Shown here piece by piece: positions 38,292 to 44,615 of a DNA stretch of 44,615 nt. The stretch is from NCBI GenBank assembly GCA_964480315.1, contig CAYZPP010000001.1, positions 1 through 44,615 of the forward strand, given 5' to 3'. The notes beneath the pieces were generated by a model that made no database searches, was not told the DNA's origin, and saw only the letters and a list, made by a program, of their open reading frames with translations. The DNA is from an uncultured Alphaproteobacteria bacterium (GTDB taxonomy: Bacteria > Pseudomonadota > Alphaproteobacteria > HIMB59). Each line of letters starts with the position of its first letter. Position 1 is the stretch's first letter. Made by a program: the position numbers and the translations under genes.

Positions 38292-39035
38292 ATGAATACA
38301 ACAGTTAAAGAGTTAAAAATACCCCAATTTAAAGTAGATTTTGAATCTGCGGCAAACTTTTATTGGAAAAATGGTTTTCATATTGAAGAAGAATTATTTG
38401 ATGAAAATACATGTAATAATTTGATTGATGAATCAATTAAATTTGAAAATAGCCTGAATAAAACTTTTGTTCCAGAACAACAAATACATAAATCTAATAA
38501 CTTTTCATTGGAAATGATGAAAAATAAAAAATTAGTAGATATTATTACGTTACTTATTTCAAAAGATGTGGAGCTATTTGGTGTCCAATCAACTTTTTTT
38601 TATTGTATACCTGGCACCTCTGGTTCTTCCAAACATCAAGACGGGCTTTGGGTTCAACCTGAGGACTCAAACGGATTTATGTCTGCTTGGACTGCATTAG
38701 AAGATATAATGGACAATGACATGGGTAATCTTATCGTTTGTGAAGAGTCTCATAAAGATGGCAGTTTAGAAGTTAAAGAAAATAATGAAAAAGAAGTATC
38801 TTTTCAAATTCAAGGCTTAGTCAAATATGAGAGTGTTATAAAAAAACAATATAAAGAATATGTTTTAAACTTAAAAAAAGGCTCTACGGTTTTTCTGCAT
38901 TCAAATGTAGTGCATGGTTCTATTGCTAATACTTCAAAAAAAAATAGATATGCTCTACTTTTAACTTATATTAAAGATGGAATAAATTTTAGAGAAGGCA
39001 GAGAAGCTAAAAGAACAAAAACAAGTCTAAAATAG
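38292..39035 (+). CDS. Phytanoyl-CoA dioxygenase (PhyH) family 2OG/Fe(II) oxygenase
   Basis: Y..NGF, KHQDG, SAWTALED, GNL.V..SHK, KGSTVFLH..VVHGS..N.S..NRYA. Confidence 0.88.
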   Translation: MNTTVKELKIPQFKVDFESAANFYWKNGFHIEEELFDENTCNNLIDESIKFENSLNKTFVPEQQIHKSNNFSLEMMKNKKLVDIITLLISKDVELFGVQSTFFYCIPGTSGSSKHQDGLWVQPEDSNGFMSAWTALEDIMDNDMGNLIVCEESHKDGSLEVKENNEKEVSFQIQGLVKYESVIKKQYKEYVLNLKKGSTVFLHSNVVHGSIANTSKKNRYALLLTYIKDGINFREGREAKRTKTSLK

Positions 39036-40163
39036 TTTGCATTCTATTTCTTTTTCAAAACCGTAAGCTATAACCCAACCCCAATATCTCATTCTTCCTC
39101 TTACTAGAAGGTAAGGTTGATTACTATTTAAATCTGGATTTTTTTTAAGCTCTACTGGCCTTAAAAGCCTTCCATCTTTTTTAATTTCTTCAGAAATTTC
39201 AACTGCGCTTGGTTGAATATCAAGTTTATTATTAATAGCTTCTTCAATAGTTGTATAAATTTTATGTGCTGTATCCGATTCGTCGAAATCGTTAACTTTA
39301 ATTTTATTAGGGGCTATTTTAATTGTGCTTCTTTTAAATGTATTATTAATTACATTCACGTCATCACTCAACAAGTCAAACGACAAGGAATTATAATTTT
39401 CCAATGTGTGTTTTTCTTGCATTGAACTAGTAAGTACTAATGTATCTTGATGTGAAGCGATCCAGTTAAGAACAATACTTCTAATACTTTTTTTGTATTT
39501 TAATGACAATTTATCTAATAGCTGCCTTTCTACATCAGTAAACAAATCCTTGCCAAGAGACATATAAGCTAATGTTGTTATTTTATTTATTTTATTAAAA
39601 TCAAATATCTCATCCTCTACTTGTCTATTAAATAAGTCGTATTCTGTTTGGAGAACGCTAAACTTATTTGAAATATCGTATTTCACAACTTTTGATAATT
39701 GAGGGACATCAAAATTACCAACACCAAAGCATCTAATTTTCCCCTGTTTAACAAGATAGGATAAAGCATTGATTGTTTCTTCAAGGGGTATATTGGGATT
39801 AGGCCAGTGAGTCATATAAATATCTATATAGTCAGTTTTTAATCTTTTTAATGATGATTCACATGCGGAAATGACATTATTATATGAATTATTTGAAGGT
39901 ATAAATTTTGACCCAACAACAACCTTATCTCTTTTATTACATATTATCTTACTTAATAATTCTTCTGACAATCCGTCTTCATAGTCTTCACCTGTATCAA
40001 GATAGTTCATTCCCAACTCAATACCGTATTCAAGACTAGAAATTTTTTTTTTAACTATATCATCTATTTTAGTTTTATCTAAAATTCGGCCAAATAAAGT
40101 CCCTTGACCTATAGGATAAACTTCAATATTAGTTTTAGAAATTTTAATTTTTTTATCTGTCAT
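39027..40163 (-). CDS. Aldo/keto reductase with C-terminal ParB/Srx-like extension
   Basis: IGQGT, catalytic tetrad in LDTGEDY / GSKF / THWP, SLKRLKTDYID, GKIRCFGVGNF, QTEYDL; about 100 extra C-terminal residues containing LLRPVEL and LVRGRMRYWG. Confidence 0.85.
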   Translation of the reverse strand: MTDKKIKISKTNIEVYPIGQGTLFGRILDKTKIDDIVKKKISSLEYGIELGMNYLDTGEDYEDGLSEELLSKIICNKRDKVVVGSKFIPSNNSYNNVISACESSLKRLKTDYIDIYMTHWPNPNIPLEETINALSYLVKQGKIRCFGVGNFDVPQLSKVVKYDISNKFSVLQTEYDLFNRQVEDEIFDFNKINKITTLAYMSLGKDLFTDVERQLLDKLSLKYKKSIRSIVLNWIASHQDTLVLTSSMQEKHTLENYNSLSFDLLSDDVNVINNTFKRSTIKIAPNKIKVNDFDESDTAHKIYTTIEEAINNKLDIQPSAVEISEEIKKDGRLLRPVELKKNPDLNSNQPYLLVRGRMRYWGWVIAYGFEKEIECKLF

Positions 40164-40190
40164 TAATTTAAATATTTTTATTTATTATAC

Positions 40191-40616
40191 CTATGATAAT
40201 TTTTTAATAAGATGTTTTTTCCAAAGGGGGTCAGTTTTTGTAAATTTACTAACTCTATTTCTTGTAAAGTCAGTCTCCTTGAAGTCATCCATAAGCGAAT
40301 TTGTTGCTGTGTTTCTTATTGAATTCATTTGGAGTGCTTTTTTTAGAATTGGATAATATTCTTTTTGATTCAAGAGCATTTCATCTTTAGATTCCCAAAC
40401 TAATAGATTGCTCAAACTAACAAAAATAATTTTTCTTATGATTTTAGATGTAACTTTTACTTTCTTTTTTTTTAATAGGCCATCAAGATCTTTAGAGGCT
40501 TTATTTAATTCTTTAGTAAAATGTGGATTATTAAGTTTAGTTTCTTTAATTTGAAGGTTACTTATCAAGTCAATTAATTCACTAACATTTAAATTATAAA
40601 AATCTTTTTTATTCAT
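40191..40616 (-). CDS. Hypothetical helical protein (DUF6165/DUF4254-like), paralogue of the adjacent gene
   Basis: SELID.I..LQIKE, N..VW..KD, N..RN..N pattern. Confidence 0.6.
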   Translation of the reverse strand: MNKKDFYNLNVSELIDLISNLQIKETKLNNPHFTKELNKASKDLDGLLKKKKVKVTSKIIRKIIFVSLSNLLVWESKDEMLLNQKEYYPILKKALQMNSIRNTATNSLMDDFKETDFTRNRVSKFTKTDPLWKKHLIKKLS

Positions 40617-41034
40617 TTAGCAGACTAAACTTCCAGCCTTTTAAATCTTCTTTATTTGTATTTGTTCTTACTGCAGCTTTATCACTATTTGAAAAAATTA
40701 AACTCAATCCATTTTTAGCTATATTTCTTAGCGCGTTTAATTGATGTGAGATTTTCATATTATTGTTTAAAGATTTATCTGTTTTAGAAATTTCAGATCT
40801 TAAAAGCCAAATATAAGTATTAATTTGTGTTAATATAATAATTAAACGGATAATTTTAGAGTCGAAATAAAAATTTTTATTACTTGATAAATAAGTAGAA
40901 TCGATTTCTTTGATTATCAGTTCTATTGTTTTTTCAAAATTCTTATATTTTGTATTTGAATCTAATTGTTTCAATTGCAATACAGTAAGTTTGTCAAATA
41001 AATCTGATATTTTATATTTTATATTTCTATTCAT
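40609..41034 (-). CDS. Hypothetical helical protein (DUF6165/DUF4254-like), paralogue of the adjacent gene
   Basis: SDLFDKLTVLQLKQ, N..IW..RS, N..RN..KN pattern. Confidence 0.6.
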   Translation of the reverse strand: MNRNIKYKISDLFDKLTVLQLKQLDSNTKYKNFEKTIELIIKEIDSTYLSSNKNFYFDSKIIRLIIILTQINTYIWLLRSEISKTDKSLNNNMKISHQLNALRNIAKNGLSLIFSNSDKAAVRTNTNKEDLKGWKFSLLNE

Positions 41035-42031
41035 ATGTTCTACCTAGTTTATAAGCTAAATCCTTGTTTTTTAAATACCACTCTAAAGTACTTTTTAACC
41101 CAGATTCAATCGAGGTTTTTGGATTGAAAGCTAGGTGCTTCTTAGCTCTAGATATATCTAGTACTCTTATATCGTCTCCAGAGTTTAGTTTACTGTCCCA
41201 TATAATCTTTATATTTGGATTAACGATTTGTTTGATCGTTTCAACTAATTCTTTGATTGTTACCCCATATCCTGACCCAATATTAAACGGAAAATTAGTT
41301 CTACCTTTTTCAAGAGTTAATAAAATTCCATCTATTAAATCTTCAATAAATATAAAGTCTCTAATTGCAGAACCATCACCTGCTACAATTAACTCATTAT
41401 TTGTAGAATTTAATATTTTATAAATCAATGAAGGAATTACATGGGCAGTTAGTGGATCGAAATTATCAAATGGACCATATACATTCGAAGGTCTGATAAT
41501 TTTAACAATATCAGAATTATATTGTATGGAATAAGCCTCTGCTTGCATCTCACCTACTCTTTTTGCAACACCTACATATCTATCATTAGCAGAAGGTAGT
41601 CCATCCCACATCTGCTCCTCATGTCTAATCTTCAATGGAGGGTACTCGTTTATGCTACCACAAAACAAGTACATCCCAACTGAATTATCAAAGGAAGAGG
41701 ATACAATATTTGTGTTACAAATTAAAAAATTACTCATTGCAGAAGCAGATTTTTTAACACCAAGCTGTGTACTTTCTCTTATTCCCATTAAATTAATTAC
41801 AATATCTTTATCTTTTGTAATATTTTTACAATCTTCGTAATTTCTGAAATCAACAAATTTAAATAATTTTGGATTATTTAAAACTTGCATTACTCTTTCT
41901 TCAGAATCGATTGAAGCAGATACAACTTTGGCACCAAGATCAGTTAAATGATTGGTTAAATAACAACCTATAAGACCAGTACCGCCGGTAATTAATATAT
42001 TTTTGTTTTTAAAAAAGTTTGAATTTATCAT
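41027..42031 (-). CDS. Extended SDR NDP-sugar epimerase/reductase (Fcl/GME-like)
   Basis: ITGGTGLIG, RPSNVYGPFDNFD, HVIPSLI, GDGSAIRDFIF, NIGSG. Confidence 0.85.
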   Translation of the reverse strand: MINSNFFKNKNILITGGTGLIGCYLTNHLTDLGAKVVSASIDSEERVMQVLNNPKLFKFVDFRNYEDCKNITKDKDIVINLMGIRESTQLGVKKSASAMSNFLICNTNIVSSSFDNSVGMYLFCGSINEYPPLKIRHEEQMWDGLPSANDRYVGVAKRVGEMQAEAYSIQYNSDIVKIIRPSNVYGPFDNFDPLTAHVIPSLIYKILNSTNNELIVAGDGSAIRDFIFIEDLIDGILLTLEKGRTNFPFNIGSGYGVTIKELVETIKQIVNPNIKIIWDSKLNSGDDIRVLDISRAKKHLAFNPKTSIESGLKSTLEWYLKNKDLAYKLGRTYE

Positions 42032-42750
42032 TTCTTAATTAGTTCATAAATTTTACCAGATTTGTAAGTAGCATTATTGCTATAGATATTGAAGACTTTA
42101 TTTGCCACACTGGTTGGAGATAATAATTTAATAGTATTTTTATTTAAAGATTTCTTATGATTAAAATGAAACTTTTTAGTGTCAGTTGGTGCTAATATAA
42201 GACTCATCACTCTATTTTCATTATAAATTTTAGATAATGACATTGTAATATTATCAATAGCAGCCTTTGAGGCGGCATAAGCAGGAAAATTATAACTACC
42301 TTTTTTAACAACAATTGAAGAAATATTTATTATATTTTTATTAATGATATTATTTGATTTAAGATATGAGATGGAAGTCTCTAATGCTCCAAAAAAATTA
42401 GTTTCAAAAATGTTTCTATAGTTATCAACAGAAAGTTTTTTTAATATATTATCAGTTTTAGCAGCATTATTTATAAGTAAATCTATTGGACCAAAATCTT
42501 TATTTATTTTTTTTAGCATAGTATTAGTATAATTTTTATCAGTTATATCTCCTTGGAAAATTTGATAATCTTGGCCTAATTTAAATAGAAGAGAAATATT
42601 TTTATTAAAAATTTTCTTAGATACTTTTTTTCTAGTATTAAAACATACAAAAAAACCTTTCTTTAAAAATTTTAAAGATATTGCAAATCCTATATCTGAA
42701 TTTGATCCAGTTATTAAAACTATTTTTTTCAAATTATTATCTAATACCAA
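42028..42750 (-). CDS. Classical SDR oxidoreductase
   Basis: LITGSNSDIG, IDLLINNAA, FETNFFG, INISS, YAASK. Confidence 0.88.
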   Translation of the reverse strand: MVLDNNLKKIVLITGSNSDIGFAISLKFLKKGFFVCFNTRKKVSKKIFNKNISLLFKLGQDYQIFQGDITDKNYTNTMLKKINKDFGPIDLLINNAAKTDNILKKLSVDNYRNIFETNFFGALETSISYLKSNNIINKNIINISSIVVKKGSYNFPAYAASKAAIDNITMSLSKIYNENRVMSLILAPTDTKKFHFNHKKSLNKNTIKLLSPTSVANKVFNIYSNNATYKSGKIYELIKK

Positions 42751-43918
42751 TAAAATTAAGAATTTTTTTTAAAATAAAATCTTTAGTAGTAAATTTAAAA
42801 CATACATACAGATAAGAAATGTTAAAAAAATATTTTTTATTAATAAATCTAGTTAAAAATATTCTAAGTTCTTTAGGCCATTTATAACTATTTATTATAT
42901 TTTTATTTTGTGAATTTGATGAAATTTGATCAATAAAGTGTGGCATATAATTGGGATAATTATAATATTTTATAAATTTATTATAACCATTATTTGCAAT
43001 AATATTTCTTTCGGAGGGATTTTTTATGTAATAATTGATTTTTTCAATTAAATCAGATTTATTTTTAAAAATGACTAAATCTTTCCCTGGTTCAAAGAAA
43101 TATTCTATTGAAACGTTATATTCTGTAATTAGAAAACCTCCAGAACCAATAATTTCAAATATTCTACCTGTCATAGTATTAGAATTTAAAGGATTATTAA
43201 TTGATTTATTACTTTGTGTAATTCCTGTAAAATTCAAATTAATTTTGGTATTTTGGTATATTTTAAATACTTCATTTTGATCTAAGTACCCAGATGGGCT
43301 ATCTGAACCAAAAATATTAATATTATAATCATTTTGTCTTATATGTTCTATATACTCTGACCTTGCCAATTTATTTTTAATTAACCCTACAAAACTAATA
43401 TCATAAATTTTTGATAGATGATTTTTAGACACATCTAATTTTTTAAAGGGGGAAACATAAGTTATAGAATTATATTTAAATTCTATAAATTTATTTTTAG
43501 AGAAAATACAATTTGTTATATTTAAATCAAAAAACTGTGCATACCACTTAGAATAACTATTGAAATGGAATACATCATCACCATCGATTCTGATCCTATA
43601 AATATTATCTTGTAATTTTTTTAATACTTCAGGTAAAATAAAATAGTAACTTGCACAAATAAAAATATCTATATTTTCAAATTTTGAAACCTTTTCTATT
43701 TCATTGCTTATATTTAAAAAACTACTCTTTGAGTCATATTTAATATAAAATGTTTTTTTAGGCTTACCATATTCAACTATTCCAGCTAACAAATTATCAT
43801 AATAAAAACTCTTACTTTTTTTCTTTAAAATTAAAATATTCTTATTTTTAAAAAAATTTGAATTTGAAAAGTTATCAAATTCCTGTTTATAATTTATAAA
43901 TTTTTTGGATAGATTCAT
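42737..43918 (-). CDS. Glycosyltransferase, CgeB/Glyco_trans_1_2-like (GT-B)
   Basis: YDISFVG..R, KINLNF, GRIFEI.GSGGFLITE, FFEPGKDLVIF, EKINYY..P.ER..IA..G. Confidence 0.85.
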   Translation of the reverse strand: MNLSKKFINYKQEFDNFSNSNFFKNKNILILKKKSKSFYYDNLLAGIVEYGKPKKTFYIKYDSKSSFLNISNEIEKVSKFENIDIFICASYYFILPEVLKKLQDNIYRIRIDGDDVFHFNSYSKWYAQFFDLNITNCIFSKNKFIEFKYNSITYVSPFKKLDVSKNHLSKIYDISFVGLIKNKLARSEYIEHIRQNDYNINIFGSDSPSGYLDQNEVFKIYQNTKINLNFTGITQSNKSINNPLNSNTMTGRIFEIIGSGGFLITEYNVSIEYFFEPGKDLVIFKNKSDLIEKINYYIKNPSERNIIANNGYNKFIKYYNYPNYMPHFIDQISSNSQNKNIINSYKWPKELRIFLTRFINKKYFFNISYLYVCFKFTTKDFILKKILNFIGIR

Positions 43919-43967
43919 TTTTTCAATAATCTAAATTCTAAGTTACGGTAATATTTTAATATTATAA

Positions 43968-44615
43968 CTAAATTAACTTTAATTTGTTATAAATTATATT
44001 TAAATCTGATTTTGAAATATTATTATTTATTGGTAATGATAAAGAATTTCTAGAATAATTAAATGAATGCGGAAATTGTTCTTTTTCGTAACCATATTTC
44101 TTTTTATAAAAACTAAATAGTGGAACTGGCGTAGCATAATGAATAGAAAAGCCTATATTTGATTCCTGTAAAATTTTAATAGCCTTATCTCTTAGTTTTG
44201 TATTTTCAAATAACACTTGAAATATAAAATATGAATTATTTTTATCGTAGTCTATAGAATGTACATTTTTCAATGGTTGAATTAATTTTGTCAAATACTG
44301 GGCGTTATATCTTCTTTTTTTTAGATTATGGGCATATCTTTTTAATTGAGTAAGTCCTAATACTGCTTGAAATTCAGTCATTCTATAATTAAATCCAAGG
44401 TATTTTATGTCATAAACCCCAGGTTTTTTTCTTAATTGAGGTGGTGTATCGATGCCAAAGGCTTTTAATTTTTTAATTTTTTCTATGAAATTTTTATTAT
44501 TTGAAATAACGACTCCTCCTTCTCCAGTAGTTATCTGTTTAGTTGGATAAAAAGAAAATACTCCACATATTCCAAATAAACCAACATGTTTATTTTTATA
44601 GATAGTACCAAGAGA
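43968..44615 (-). CDS. DegT/DnrJ/EryC1/StrS aminotransferase, 5' end outside window
   Basis: Manual translation from the window edge gives SLGTIYKNKHVGLFGICGVFSFYPTKQITTGEGG...GFNYRMTEFQA, with the catalytic Lys retained; IHYATPV and SLSLP follow. Confidence 0.93.
   Translation of the reverse strand, partial: SLGTIYKNKHVGLFGICGVFSFYPTKQITTGEGGVVISNNKNFIEKIKKLKAFGIDTPPQLRKKPGVYDIKYLGFNYRMTEFQAVLGLTQLKRYAHNLKKRRYNAQYLTKLIQPLKNVHSIDYDKNNSYFIFQVLFENTKLRDKAIKILQESNIGFSIHYATPVPLFSFYKKKYGYEKEQFPHSFNYSRNSLSLPINNNISKSDLNIIYNKLKLI

Larger units (their letters stand above)
18114..44615. other. Surface-polysaccharide/glycosylation variable island, continuing past the window end
   Basis: Abrupt change from core genes to nucleotide-sugar, tailoring, glycosyltransferase and export genes right after the tRNA; several strand switches; no integrase or transposase seen. 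Confidence 0.85.

Noticed and set aside
1368-43280. Short antisense or nested ORFs in the track (1368, 14079, 15902, 16400, 17609, 20116, 21727, 25635, 25978, 27611, 28508, 29417, 35525, 35670, 36219, 39213, 41064, 41652, 43035)
   Set aside because: All lie within well-supported genes, lack motifs, and have the Ile/Phe/Ser/Leu-rich composition expected of shadow frames in AT-rich DNA.
1-44615. CRISPR array, IS element, prophage, integrase or rRNA
   Set aside because: I found no spaced direct repeats, terminal inverted repeats, recombinase or phage motifs, or rRNA-like sequence; nearly all bases are accounted for by the listed genes.

Overview
A very AT-rich, densely packed chromosome segment from an alphaproteobacterium. 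Gene order, overlapping stop/start codons and tiny intergenic spacers suggest a streamlined marine lineage (SAR11/HIMB59-like; this is inference). Bases 1 to ~18,070 are mostly core genes: mnmG(partial)-rsmG-parA-parB, converging on porin-DUF3576-leuS-lptE-holA, then a TPR-sulfotransferase/pseudo-sulfotransferase pair, yggS, lolA, a degenerate CenR-like regulator, ftsK, a ubiH-like gene, a LON-N protein, cnoX and tRNA-Gly(GCC). From the 5' side of the tRNA to the window end is a mosaic surface-glycan island with no integrase. The most striking element is a co-oriented module encoding a NeuA-type cytidylyltransferase, a GT2 fused to a decayed cytidylyltransferase domain, a Gfo/Idh/MocA oxidoreductase, a type-I-beta DAHP-synthase homologue with altered active-site motifs (AGPN for AGPC, KPLS for KPRT), a shikimate-dehydrogenase homologue and a GT-C membrane protein. 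It may be an undescribed route to a CMP-activated ulosonic or cyclitol acid. A second module resembles Campylobacter/Yersinia GDP-heptose modification (HddA-, ColD-, Cj1427- and DmhA-like proteins plus three Fcl-like reductases), joined by a miniature split ThDP enzyme, suggesting a branched 3,6-dideoxyheptose. Also seen: an aldo-keto reductase fused to a ParB/Srx-like domain, tandem 141-aa paralogues, and a GT2 remnant missed by the ORF track. All family calls come from recognising motifs by eye; no searches were run.
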